Below, piece by piece: positions 12,001 through 24,500 of a DNA stretch of 64,000 bases. The notes under the pieces are model-generated. The model had not been told where the DNA came from. It did not search any database and was given only the letters and a program-made list of their open reading frames with translations. Source of the stretch: Leucoraja erinacea (taxonomy: Eukaryota). The stretch lies in NCBI RefSeq assembly GCF_028641065.1, contig NC_073415.1:9176001-9240000 (forward strand). Reading direction: 5' to 3'. A program made the translations under genes and the position numbers. Position 1 is the first letter of the stretch, and every line of letters begins with the position of its first letter.

Positions 12001-13958
12001 TAGCTACACCAAACCTCGCCACACATCCAGAGCACAACAAACTGTTTCTCTGGGATGATTCTAGATAATGGGGGTGATTGTTCAACAAAGATAGATTAAG
12101 CAAGTTGGAATTCCACTCAGTCGGTTCAGAAGCATTAGAGCTAGTTTTTTTTAGTATGTAAGATTCTTGGAGACAATGCAAAGTAAATGCTGAGGAGGCT
12201 TCCTCTTGTGAGAATTCAAAAGACCTGAATTCTTTGATAGAATAAATTAGTCTTCATCGTCATCTGGGCAGCACAGTAGTGCAGTGGTAGAGTTGCTGCT
12301 CCAGAATTGCTGCCCTCAAAGTGCTTTGGTTTTCTTCCACACTCCAAAGACATAACAGATTTGTAGGCTAATTGGCTTTGGGAAAATTGTAAATTATCCC
12401 CAGTGTGTAGGATGGTGCTAGCATATGTGGTGATCGCTGGTCGGCATGGACTCAGTGGGCTGAAGAGCCTGTTTCCATGCAGTGTCCCTAAAAGTCTAAA
12501 AAAACTATCTCAAATGGGAACCACCTCTTTCTGAGGATCATGTCCTCCGTATTTCTCTGTCGATCAAGTCTGGCTATTTTTGACTAGTTGAATACCCCTG
12601 CTCTCGAGAAGAAGTGGCCGCACATAATAACAGATAGAGTCTGATCTCAGAATAACAGGAAAGTAGACAAAAATGCTGGAGTAACTCAGCGGGCCAGGCA
12701 GCATATATAGAGCAAAGTTATATACTCTATATATAATATAGAGTGACGTTTCGGTTCGAGACCCTTCTTCAGACCCTTCCTCAGAATAACAGGAGCTCAT
12801 TTAAGACTGAAATGAGGAACTATTTCTTCTTTAAGGAACATTGCAGCATTATCTGTAAAGAGAGGATGGTAATAGCCAAGGTATTGGACAAGCTCAAAGG
12901 CCAAAAGTAAATTTCTCTAAAGATTTGGAACCTAAGAATAGAGAAAGCTGCAGTTGACTCCACATTAAATAAGATTGGACAAAACAAAATGCCATCAGAG
13001 ATAGATAGGAAGAAGGGTCCCGACCCGATATGTCACCTATATATGTTCTCTAGAGATGCTTCCCGACACTGTTACTTCAGCACTTTGTATCTTTTTTTTG
13101 TAAACCACCATCTCCAGTTCCTTGTATCTGGGAAATAGATCACCTGCCCTGGTTCCTCAGTGGGTGAGAGATCCTGCTACAATGGCAGTCACACAATACT
13201 TGGACGCCAGGCTGCGATGAGTTACTTGGTTTCAGCAGAGTCAGTGTAAAGGAGCATCACAAAGTCTCCACAACTTTTCAGGATCCCAACTCCTGATCAG
13301 CTGTTGCCTAGTGATCTCAACTGGAATCTATAGTGTGGACAGGGAGAGGGTTGAGGTCCCATACCTCAGCAGTGATACCACTCCTGATACGAGGGGCTAC
13401 ACCACTCACAACGCAAGTGAGTAGTTGACCCCTTGGGTAGAGAAGGATTATTGTGGAGCAGGCTGATATTACACCCGTGATTCCGACTCGGCTTCTTTCA
13501 CAGCCTATGAAGACAAGCAGAGAATGAAGCGGAAAGAGATCACTTCGAGGTCCTGGTTTGCTGCCCCTCAAGTCACAGTAGGAGAGAAAACTGCAGATGT
13601 GTTGAAGAAACTGGGACTGAACAAAATATCGACAGCCAAATCTTTAAATAGCCCAAATGGAATTGCCGTGAGTGACCTGGGAATAATCCGAAAGAAATCA
13701 GCGGAGCATCCAGTGAGCCAGAAGGAACGGGCAGACATGTCCAGCAGAGATTCACAGCCCATGATGGAAACAGAGAGCGGAATGGATCAAGAGAGTTTTG
13801 TTTCAAACTGTTTGAGTCAAGCGAGAGACACCTGCTATAAGGGGGAAGCTGAATCTCCCCCACGGACTGAAGCTATGACAGATGCAGAGCGAGATGTCAG
13901 TGCCAACTCACTTGTGGCTGACTATTCTGATTCCAATTCCGATGCAGACAGTTCCTGA
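6067..13958 (+). CDS. YJU2B: YJU2B / CCDC130, probable splicing factor (CWC16 family); 9 coding exons with an apparent 1-nt insertion in the 9898-9959 exon
   Basis: Coding exons, all GT-AG: 6067-6069 (ATG|gtaagt), 7093-7146, 8374-8456, 9158-9213, 9898-9959, 10420-10562, 10921-11093, 11672-11810, 13504-13958. The splice gives MGERKGVNKYYPPDFDPAKHGSLNKYKNSHPLRERARKLSQGILIIRFEMPYNIWCDGC...FRMKCHLCVNYIEMQTDPANCDY...SLVADYSDS, matching human CCDC130 as recalled, including both CxxC zinc motifs. Confidence 0.93.
7276..7341 (+). repeat. 33-bp tandem duplication (2 copies) in a YJU2B intron
   Basis: aagaatataatgggagcagtccttaacatgtac followed by aagaatataatgggagcagttcttaacgtgtac. Confidence 0.85.
7879..8050. 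mobile_element. Inverted pair of short Penelope-type elements (hairpin)
   Basis: ctggagcaactcagtgggtcaggcagtatctctggagaacatgga ... tccatgttctccagagatgctgcctggcccactgagttactccag are reverse-complementary arms. Confidence 0.75.
9256..9638 (+). mobile_element. Rex1/Babar-like LINE 3' end
   Basis: Encodes ...HSLFSPLTSGKRYRSVKTHTSRFRNSFFPAVIRQL, then a 3' UTR ending cactgtacttggtac...aataaactaaactg. Related pieces at ~6795-6920, 19250-19505, 26370-26483, 28630-28803, 42965-43112, 50075-50300 and 55170-55495. Confidence 0.7.
10068..10278 (+). mobile_element. 5' part of an HE1-like tRNA-SINE joined to a Penelope ORF C-terminal fragment
   Basis: tRNA-like head ggtggcacagtggtgcaactggtag...ggttcgatcc; 10210-10278 translates QQHLILRLGSLHPSGMNIDFSNF, resembling the C-terminus of fish Penelope RT/GIY-YIG ORFs. 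Confidence 0.55.
12266..12500 (+). mobile_element. HE1/V-SINE-like tRNA-derived SINE (internally deleted)
   Basis: ggcagcacagtagtgcagtggtagagttgctgc...ccacactccaaagac...ggactcagtgggctgaagagcctgtttcc; similar to the full copy at 20933-21247. Confidence 0.7.
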
Positions 13959-14016
13959 GCTATGCATGATTGTAAATAATTGTTTGATACTCCCGACTTG
14001 TAATGTACTCCTGTGA

Positions 14017-14026
14017 AATAAATAAA
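14017..14026 (+). terminator. Poly(A) signal of YJU2B (overlapping AATAAA x2)
   Basis: aataaataaa about 60 nt after the TGA stop at 13956-13958. Confidence 0.7.
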
Positions 14027-14173
14027 TTAATAAGTGCGCTGAAACTAATCTGTGACATTTGTCACTAGCCAGAATTTTGTTCTTGGAGTTGCCCTCATGA
14101 TGAGGTTAGGAATAACCAGTTCACAAAATCACACAACTTAAATTACACGACAGGCCAACTGCTGTCTGCTTTG

Positions 14174-14377
14174 GTTTATTTGTTTAGTTATGGATACAAT
14201 GGGGAGGTGCTTCGGCCCATCAAGTCCGCGCCGACCAGTGATTCCAATACGCTAACACTATCCTACACACACTAAGGACAATTATAATTATACCAAGCAT
14301 ATTAATCTACAAACCTGTACGTCTTTGGAGTGGGGAGGAATCCGGAGATCCTGAAGAAAACCCGTGCAGGCCACGGT
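14174..14377 (-). mobile_element. HE1-like SINE, 3' half
   Basis: Reverse complement of the SINE body (cttcggcccatcaagtccgcgccgacc...tacaaacctgtacgtctttggag). Confidence 0.65.
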
Positions 14378-14764
14378 GTGGGAATGATGTTGATATCATT
14401 CATATTCTGAGTTAAGGTGTTTCTCCATGAATCTTTATTTCATTAGTCGTTACTATTTACCAAGTTAGGTCTCATTCACAAGTGGATATATATCAGGGAC
14501 CAAGTTCATGCCAGTGAACTTTTTTTCAAATGTTAAAAGACTTCTGATAGATCAGCCTATTTTTAGAATGGAGAACAGAGGCCCAGCTTCCGATTAGTCA
14601 TACTCTTGGTTGTGGTAACCCCTTTGATTCCTATCTGTTTCTTGTCAAACATCAAACAGGTCAGATATAAAGGGAGCTGTGGGATATTTCCCAAACTGTT
14701 CTAATCTGATTACGAGGAAGGCTGTAGTTCAGAATCATTTTAGAGTGATGACCAAACATGCATT

Positions 14765-14998
14765 TGAAAGAAAGGCGGTGAATCTGAGGAATTCTTTGCC
14801 ACAGAAGATTGTGGAGACCAAATCAATGGATATTTTTAAGGCAGAGATGGATAGATTCTTGATTAGTATTGGTTTCAGGGGTTATGAGAATGCAGAAGAA
14901 TGGGGTTAGGAGGGAGAGATAGATCAGCCATGATTGAATGGCAGAGTAGACTTGATGGGCCGAATGGCCTAATTCTGCTCCTATCACACGACCTTATG
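14765..14998 (+). mobile_element. CR1 LINE 3' end
   Basis: gtgaatctgaggaattctttgccacagaag...gatagatcagccatgattgaatggcagagtagacttgatgggccgaatggcctaattctgctcct. Confidence 0.7.
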
Positions 14999-15724
14999 AA
15001 ATAATATGAAAGTTCCTGAATGGGAACTTCTTCACAATATTAAATTGTTTATTTTACTAAAATATTCCAATAAAAACAGTAGATATTACATAGTAGGCTC
15101 ATCCTAAAGGGCCTTTTGCATGGCGTACATTTCTCTTGAATGCATCCTGAAGCATGGTGAGTGTGAGTCAACTATACTCAGCTGGCAGGTTCTTCAGCTG
15201 GAAACTGGACGGACTTGTTAGTCCAAGAGGCCCATTTCTCTTAGGTTTTTTTTTGGCAGCAATTGCTGCATGTTTCCCTAGGAACACCCTACAGAGCAGA
15301 CTGTCGTGTTGAGCCACAGGGACTGAACCAGTGTTGGAAGCATTGAACAGCATGGAAACAGGCTGAAGAAGGGTTCCGACCCAAAATGTTGACTATCCAT
15401 ATAACTTCAGAGATTTGTAGGAACTGCAGACTCCCTTGCCCAGGGGGAAAAGGATGAGGCCATCCATCTTACCTATACCACTCATGATTTTATATACATC
15501 TAAGGCCTTCCCTCGACCTTCCATCTGCAGGAAAAGCTGTTTGAGGCTCTACATATCACTCGAGCCCTCCAGTCTCGGTAACATCCTTGTGAATCCTTTC
15601 TTCACTCTTTCCAGCTTGGCCATGCCTGGTCAGCGATCAGTCGGATCAATGACATATGTGGCGCCTCTTGAACGGTTTTCCACATCTCCTTCAGGCATGG
15701 AAGTTTGTGTCGGACGGGGTGGGT

Positions 15725-16165
15725 ACGAAGGAACTGCAGATGCTGGCTTACACCGAAGACAGACACAAAATGCTGGAGTAACTCAGCGGGTCAGGCAGCA
15801 TAACTGTAGAGAAGGGATGGGTCGAGACCCTTCTTCAGACTGAGACTTCAGACCCATTCCTTCTCTGTAGAGAGGGGGAGCAAATTCTTCATCTCTCTAC
15901 GTCGTCGTCTGTAATTAAGAAGGAACTGCAGATGCAGGAAAATCGAAGGTAGATAGAAATGCTGGAGAAACTCAGCGGGTGAGGCAGCATCTGTGGAGCG
16001 AAGGAAATAGGCAACGTTTCGGGTCGAGACTTCTTCATCGTCTGTATCTCGTCTGTTTCTCTAATCTCTAACCAGTTTGAAGAAGGGTCTCGACCCGAAA
16101 CGTCAGCCATTCCTTCTCTCCAGAGATGCTGCCTGTCCCGCTGAGTTACTCCAGCATTTTGTGCA
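15725..16165. mobile_element. Cluster of short Penelope-type hammerhead elements, including an inverted pair (15959-16162)
   Basis: gctggagaaactcagcgggtgaggcagcatct...caacgtttcgggtcgagac, then ttgaagaagggtctcgacccgaaacgtc...agagatgctgcctgtcccgctgagttactccagc. Confidence 0.75.
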
Positions 16166-16239
16166 AATCAAAGATCCTATAAGCTCTGCTATAAGATCTT
16201 TGGTGCAAATATTATAGAGGAGCTCCTGTGGTATCTTTG

Positions 16240-16590
16240 ATTTTGTGTCTGTTCGGGTTGAGCGACGGACCGTGTTCAGTGACGGACCGGGTTGAGCGAC
16301 GGACCGGGTTCCGGTTCCGGTAAGCTGCTCTAACAAGGGGCTCTCGGCCTTCCCTTTATCATCTTTAAACCGAGCGCGGCGTCTTCACATCCTCGCCAAC
16401 CTATCGTCGTGTATTGATTTGTCGATTGTTTATTTCCCACGGGGCGGGGGACAGTTTTGTGTGAAAGAAAGACTGGAGGTCCCTATAAACCCAGGGTGCG
16501 TCGACGCCGCTCTCTCTGAGACCCTCCGGTAGCGCTCGTTCCCATCGTGTCCCCGCGCCCATCGGGGTAAACCCGCATCCGCATAAACCC
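16240..16590 (+). promoter_or_regulatory. CpG-rich 5' region and probable non-coding first exon of GTF2F1 (donor CCG|gtaagc, intron starting at 16320)
   Basis: The only CpG-dense island between YJU2B and the GTF2F1 ATG exon; strong donor; the ATG exon has an acceptor (ctcttgcag, ending 18504). Confidence 0.55.
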
Positions 16591-17270
16591 ACCCCCCATC
16601 CCCCAACTCATCCCCCACACACCCACCCCCCCCCCATCTCCATAAACCCATCCAATCCCATCCCCCACCCCCCCCCCCCCATAAACTCATCCCCCATAAT
16701 GACTTCAGAATGAAGGGACAGAAGTTTAGGGGTAATATGAGGGGGAACTTCTTTACGCAGAGAGTGGTGGCGGTGTGGAATGAGCTCCCAGTGGAAGTGG
16801 TGGAGGCAGGTTCATTGGTATCATTTAAAAATAAATTGGATAGGCATATGGATGAGAAGGGAATGGAGGGTTATGGTACGAGTGCAGGCAGGTGGGACTA
16901 AGGGGGGAAAAAATTTTGTTCGGCATGGACTTGTAGGGCCGAGATGGCCTGTTTCCGTGCTGTAATTGTTATATGGTTATAATCCCATCCCCCACACACC
17001 ATCCCCCATACACCCACCCCCACATCTCCATAAACCCATCCCCGTAAACTCATCCCCCCCATAAACCCATCCCTCCCCATAAACCCATCTCATCCCCATA
17101 ACCCCCCCCCCCATAAACCCATCCCCACAGCCCCTTTTTTCATTCTCCCCTACCCCATCCCTGAAACTCCATTCCCCATCTCCATTTCTCGTAACCCCAT
17201 TCCCTTCACCCCTACCCCTTTCTCGTCGCCGTAATCCCACACCCCTCCTCTCATACCCTCACACTCACCC
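16580..17270. repeat. C-rich minisatellite (cataaacccatcccc units) interrupted by a CR1 fragment at ~16700-16980
   Basis: Repeated cataaacccatcccc / cccccacacacc units on both sides of a CR1 3' end (ORF MKGQKFRGNMRGNFFTQRVVAVWNELP...). Confidence 0.75.
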
Positions 17271-18547
17271 TCCCAACATCAAGTGTCCCACTCACACATC
17301 TGTGGCTCGACTCCACTAACTCACCCTGTGTAATGCCAAAAACCACCTCCTCCAACACTGAACCTCAAAATCTCCCAATCCTGAACCCTGGCCATAGATC
17401 TGCCACCCGCCGAGCTTCCACTCACCCCACCAACCTTGACATGCATTCTGTAAATTACACTTTCTCCTTCGTTCCCATCTGACCTTGATTTCTGACTTCC
17501 ACCCTCCACTCACACTGTGAGTTTCAATTGTTCACTGACTGAACTTGAAACATCCTCCTTCAGCCATCCAGAGCCTCCCCCACCATCACCACCCACCTGC
17601 CTCTCTCGAGGCTGAACTCCCTCCCATGTACTTCTTCAAGGAGGCTTTCAACTCATCCATAATTTATTTCCTCGAGCTGCCTGATAACCTCCTTCCATGG
17701 GAGAGTTCCCAATGGTGTGTCTTTTTCAGAATCTGGTATCGAGCATGCAAACAATCTCCTCTGCCCTCTGTAGCCAGCTAGTTCTCATCTGGGTGCTCGC
17801 TATTGGACTTGTTGCCTAGGAAATAACACTTATGTTGGTTTGCTTATCCATCCAATGCACTTAGAGGATTTTGCAGACAGCAGTGGTGATATTTTCTCAG
17901 TGTCTTGAAGTGCTTGCTGTGGTTAACCAGGGATAGCTGATGCCTGGTAGACCATGAGTTCAATACTAGATATGAGGTGTTGATTTGCAAATATATTTTT
18001 CTTTAATCATACAAAGGCAGTGATGATGCAATGAAGGCCATAGTGAACTTCATTCCAATATCTGTTTTTGCTGAGAAATCTGTGTGTGTACCTCCCACTC
18101 TCTCTCTCTCTCTCTTTCACACCTTTGTGTTTTTCCTTTACCTACTTCTACACAATGCAACTTCTGTCTCACACCTCAAGCCCAGAATAATATAATTTGT
18201 TAACTGCTTCATCAACTAGTGTCATCTTCAAACATTGTATGTGCAAGTAATCTGGGTATCTTGTACCATTTAGCATGTATCGTCTTTTCACTTTCCTGCT
18301 AAAATATGTCATGCTCGCACTGTCTTTGACTTCCTAAAGTCTATTATTTATGTTCCTTACTGTTAATGCACTTGTAAACTTTTGGCTATTTGGAAATATT
18401 GCTTTCCATTCCAATTCACTATTGTTCGAGAGGGAGAGATGCAGAGCAAACAGGATGGTGGCGATAACCTAGATTATTCATTGTTATTTTCACTACTCTT
18501 GCAGAATCTAAACGTAACCCAATTGGACGTTGCAGCGAGCCATCACC

Positions 18548-21500
18548 ATGGCAAATCTGGTAAGCAGGTCCTTTGATTAAGATGGGCTTTGGGATGGATG
18601 GACCAATTATTGCCTGACCGGTTAATGACAGAAGGATTGACCCCTGCAGAGCTCGAGCAGTGGCAGTAGTCTCAACCCCAAATGTCACCCATTCCTTCTC
18701 TCCAGAGATGCTGCCTGTCCCGCTGAGTTACTCCAGCTTTTTGTGTCTGTCTGCAGTTGTCAGACCTTTTTGTGTGCTCTTTTGTTCAATGTACAGAAAT
18801 AGCACGTTGTGTCTCTGCCCTGCTGTTTTCCTGGAGCCCATAAAATTGTCCTTGTCAAGTTTTATCCAGTTTCATACTCAAGTAAAACTTTGATAATCTG
18901 CTATTCTATCGTTTGGCAATGCCAATGGCCTGACATCTGGCTCACTGGCTTGTGCTCCCTTAGAACTCACCGGGTCCTCGATTCCCGCATTCCCTTTAAA
19001 CTCATCAGACCCTGTTTCCTGCGAAAGGGCAGAAATACTATATTGTGTTGACTGGTGAGTAATTAGTGAACGTGCCGCATAGAAACATTGAAAAACAGGT
19101 GCAGGAGTAGGCCATTCAGCCCTTCGAGCCTGCACAGCTATTCAATATGATCATGGCTGATTGTCTAAAATCAGTACACCATTCCTGCTATTTCCCCATA
19201 TCCCTTGATTCATTTAGCCCGAAGAGCTGAATCTAACTCTTGTCCGTCTCCTCGGACTATCTATGATCGGACTTTACTGGCTTTATCTTGCACTGGGCGG
19301 CTCGATTGTAATCATGTATTGTCTTTCCACTGACTGGGTTAACACGCAACAAAAGCTTTTCACTGTACCTCTTTTGAAGAAGGGTCTCGACCCAAAACGT
19401 CACCCATTCCTTCGCTCCACAGATGCTGCCTCACTCGCTGAGTTTCTCCAGCATTTTTGTCTACTTTCACTGTACCTCCATACACGTGACAATAAACTGA
19501 ACTGTTTGTACAGAGGGATATTTTTGTATTGGGTTATGATATGCGGGAAGTAAAGCTATGGAGGTAATGAGAGATAAGAATCATCTGCAGCTTTCATAGG
19601 CCAGGATGGTGAACACAACCAAGGGTGTTATTACAGTTACCAAGTCACAAAGGAAACAACGTTTGTTGCAGCCTGCTGTTGATGACGTTACTGCTTTTCT
19701 TTGACAGGGTTCCAGCAGCCAAGCGGTGACTGAGTACACTGTCCGTGTTCCCAAGTAAGCAACTCTCTTTATTATTGCCACGTGCAACGTGTCTCAGCAG
19801 TAGAGCCATCAGAGTCATGCCAAGTTATCCCAGCAATGAATCAGTGGCAACGGTTCTCACCCGCTTGCTGAGTGTGTCAGAAAGACTGTACGGGTAGTAG
19901 GCAATCGCTGTTTGGGCTCATACTTAACTCTGACGCTCGGATCAGTGGCTGAGGACAGAGAGGAAACCAGGGTGCGGCAGGAGAATGGGGTTGAAAGGGA
20001 AAGATAGATCAGCCGTGATTGAATGCTGGTGTAGACCAGATGGGCTGAATGGCCTAATTCTGCTCCTAGAACTTATGAATGGAGGAGCTGTAGAGGCAGT
20101 ATTGGAGTGAGGAGCAACTGCATCTGGGTGGTGTGGGACGGTGGGAAGTTTAGAGAGAGAAAGGCGAAGAGAAGGTTTCATGAGAGTTTGATGACAGGGC
20201 GGTGAGCTGGGTGTAGGTGAGAGTTGGAGAAGTGTGAGGCAGATGGGGACGAGCGAGGTGGTGGAGGGCTAGGTGGGTGGGTGAGGGTACGGATAGGCAG
20301 CTGGAACAACAAATTGCAGGTTAACGCAATGGTGGCCCTGGGGTCAGCGGGTCTGGTCATGGTTTAATGTGCTGAATGTCCATCCCTGCCTTTACAGGAA
20401 CAACGCCAAGAAGCACAACATCATGGCGTTCAACTCTGCTGATAAAATCAACTTCACCACATGGACTCAGGTATGGCCCAGGGTGAGGTAGACCACCATC
20501 CAAACCATGACCTGTCGTTGTAGAGGAGTGGGAGCCAGGTTGAGAAGGCTCGTGGTCAGGGCTGGAGAGAATGAGTGAGGGGGCACTGATGGAAGAGGCA
20601 ACAGCTGTGATGGGGCAGAGGGTGAGGTGGGAGGTGCAGGGTTTGGTGCGATGATGTGAGGATTGGGCCGAGGGTGCTTCTTCGGGAAGATGAGTGTGTT
20701 GGGGAGCTGGACGGGGCATGGGTTGGGATTTTCGGGGGAGCTGTGTCGGGAGCAGACATTTTGGAGATGGGAGGTCGGGGCGTATTGTGAGGGGAGAGTT
20801 TGGCAGTTGGGGCGGTCGGGGTATGTGGCCCCATGTTCTGGGTCATTGGCTTGATGTTAGGAGGGGAAAGTCTATGTACCTGCAGTGGATGGCTTCCATA
20901 AGGGACTGCTGTATCCTGGATGGCCATCACCAGGGGCAGCACAGCAGTAGAGTTGCTGCCTTAGATTGCAAAGAGACCTGGGTTCGATCCCGACTACGGG
21001 TGCTGTCTGTACGGAGTTTGTACGTTCTCCCCGTGACCTGCGTGGGTTTTCTCCGAGAGCTCCGGTTTCCTCCCACACTCCAAAGACGTACAGATTTGTA
21101 GGTTAATTGGCTTGGTAAAATTCAAAATTGTCCCTTGTGTGTGTAGGATAGTGTTGGTGTGTGGGGATCGCTGCTGGGCACGGACTCGGTGGGCCGAAGG
21201 GCCTATTTGCGTGCTGTATCTCTAAACTAAACTAAAGAAAACTAAACACAGTGCCAAGGGCTGGAAATGCTCACCACTGGTGTTGGGAATGCGGCAATGT
21301 TAAACCTCTCATTTCCCTGTAGGCTAAAATGGAGCGTGATCTAAGTAACAAGAAGATCTACCAGGAAGAGGAGCAGCCAGTGTTTGGTGCTGGCAGTGAG
21401 TTTGGCAAAAAACTGCGAGAGGAGTCAAGAAAGAAGAAGTTTGGGATTGTGACACGAGAGTTTAAGCCAGAAGACCAGCCGTGGCTGCTGAGAGTTAACG

Positions 21501-24500
21501 GGAAGGCAGGTCGGAAGTAAGTAATGCACTAAAAGAAGATACAAAGCGCTGGAGTAACTCAGTGGGACAGGCAGCATCTCTGGAGAACATGGATAGCTGA
21601 TGTTTTTGGTCAGGACCCTTCTTCAGACTGCTGCCTTCTCCAGAGATGCTGCCTGACCCACTGAGTTACGCCAACCCTTTGGGGTGTTTTTGTAAACAAG
21701 CTTCTGCAGTTCATAGAAACATAGAAATTAGGTGCAGGAGTAGGCCATTCGGCCCTTCGAGCCTGCACCGCCATTCAATATGATCATGGCTGATCATCCA
21801 ACTCAGTATCCCGTACCTGCCTTCTCTCCATACCCCCTGATCCCCTTAGCCACAAGGGTCACATGTTACTCCCTCTTAAATATAGCCAATGAACTGGCCT
21901 CAACTACCCTCTGTGGCAGAGAGTTCCAGAGATTCACCACTCTGTGTGAAAAAAGTTCTTCTCATCTCGGTTTTAAAGGATTTCCCCCTTATCCCTAGTC
22001 ATGGAGTGCTTGAATAACACAGCGGGTCTGGCAGCATCTCAGGAGATTGTGGATAGGTGGGGTGGGGACCTGAAACTTCACTATCCACGGTCTCCTGAGA
22101 TGCTGCCTGACCTGCTGAGCTACTCCAGCACTCTTGTCTTCCTCTCTGAACCAGCCTTGTTTCTACATTCTCCTGTTGTTCCCTGTATCTACAGCCAGAT
22201 ATTTAAACGGACAAAGGCTGTGACAATCCTAACATGTGATTTTTCTTTTTGTTAGGTTCAAGGGTCAGCGGAAAGGTGGGGTTACTGAGAATGCCTCGTA
22301 CTACATCTTCACGCAATGCCCAGACGGGGCGTTTGAGGCGTTTCCAGTTAACGCCTGGTATAATTTTGTCCCAGTGGCAAAACACAGGACTCTGACTGCA
22401 GAGGAGGCAGAGGAAGAGTGGGGAAGGTAAAATGTCATGCTCGTGTGTGCATCAACATAGCCTCCCCCCACCCCCCATGCTTTAACATTGCGCCACAAGT
22501 CTCAGCATCGATCTAGCCTAGGTTCCACACTGCAAATGATTTATTCCTGATCACTACATTCAGAAAACTGCTCAATACTTCTTCTTATCGAGTCCACATC
22601 ACAAGATTAGAAATTGAACACACTTCTCATACAATGGAGTTGAATTGAATTGAATTGAATTGAATTTCCTTTATTGTCATTCAGACCTTACGGTCTGAAC
22701 GAAATTTCGTGCCTGCAGTCATACATACAATGATACAATAATGAACAACAATAAACACAAATTAACATCCACCACAGTGAGTCCTCCAAACACCTCCTCA
22801 CTGTGGTGGAGGCAAAAAAAAATCTAAAAGTCTGTGCTTCTTGTGCGTGGTGGTGGTAACAGGGTCGCGATGTCATCGCCCTATCCTTGACCCCTGCTCA
22901 ATACTCATAATACATTTTAACTCAGTTTATATCGAACACATCTGTTCTCTTGCAACTGAGAGGCTGTAATTATGGCCAACTTACTTTCCATTCATTACAA
23001 GTAAATTATAGACCGTCGTTTTTTTTTTTAGATTTCGATTTAGTTTATTGTCACGTCTACTGAGGTACATTGAAAAGCTTTTGTTGCGCACAGAGGGATT
23101 CACACAGCTAATCGCACGTTGCTTTTTTTCCTTTTCTACCCCTTGCGTGTTTGTACCCTCAGGCGTAACAAGGTGGTGAATCACTTCAGCATCATGTTGC
23201 AGAAGCGGCTGAAGGAGCAGGACCGCGATGATGGGGACGACGATGAGGAGAAGGTGAAGAAAGGCAAAGATAAAAAGAAAAAAGGAAGCGACCTGCGGAT
23301 CCACGAACTGGAAGACGACCTGGAAATGAGCACGGATGATAGCGACGGGGAGAGTGGCGACGATAGTGAGTGACACGAGGAGCCTGTCTGTTTAGATTGA
23401 ACTGTGAGCGTAGACACACCATCTGCTGCCTCCCTTGTCACTCAAGCTAGGCACAGCTCCAAGCAGCCTTGGCTGGGAGCTGCACATCCTAAAATGTTCC
23501 TGGCCGCTGTAAGAGGAGCTGTNNNNNNNNNNNNNNNNNNNNNNNNNNNNNNNNNNNNNNNNNNNNNNNNNNNNNNNNNNNNNNNNNNNNNNNNNNNNNN
23601 NNNNNNNNNNNNNNNNNNNNNNNNNNNNNNNNNNNNNNNNNNNNNNNNNNNNCCGAGTCCACACCGACCAGCAATCCTAACACACATACACTGTCTGACA
23701 CACACTAGGGTCAATTTACAATTAACCAAACCAACTATTAACCTATAAATCTATATGTCTTTGGAGTGTGGGAGGAAACCGGAGCTCCCGGAGAAAATGC
23801 ACGCAGGTCACGGGGAGAACGTGCAAACTCCGTACAGACAGCACCCGTAGTGGGGATCGAACCCAGGTCTCGGTGTTTTAAGGCAGCAACTGTACCTGCT
23901 GATTTGGCCTCTCAGACGTGTACCCTCTCCTCACCAGGTGATACTAAAAAGGACCCGAAGACCAAGAAGAAAGGGAAAGCTGCGCTGAAGAAAAAGAAGA
24001 AGAAAGGCTCTGATGACGAGGCATTTGAGGACAGCGATGATGGTGATTTTGAGGGCCAGGAGGTGGATTACATCTCCGACGATGACTCCAGGTAGACGTG
24101 CTAACGTGCTGGACTAACTCGGGGTCGGCCGGCATCTCTGGAGATAAAGGATGGGTGACGTTTTGGGTCGGGACACTTCTTCAGACTGAAAGTATAGGGG
24201 AGGGAACTGGAGGTGAGGAAAGGCCAGGCAAAAAGCAGGACAGATGACCAAGACCAAGGAAGGGTGTAGCCCACAATGGTCCATTGTTGGCCGGGGAAGA
24301 GGTGATAACCAAGGGATGCGGACAGTGGAACTAGTAGGATGGCTCCAGGTACCTGATTGCTTCTTGCCAGTTTGTTTATCTTCCCCGGTCAGGGGGGTGT
24401 GGGAGATGTCCCCTACAGGTGGCCAGGCACAGTTTAAACTGCGGTGGTGAGGTAAGCTGATACCAGGAAGTTGGAGCTACTAATCTTTAGATTAGTTTAG

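Noticed and set aside
20933-21010. tRNA gene (B-box GGTTCGATCC; similar at ~10119 and ~58814)
   Set aside because: It continues into SINE body and tail with no complete cloverleaf; these are tRNA-derived SINE heads.
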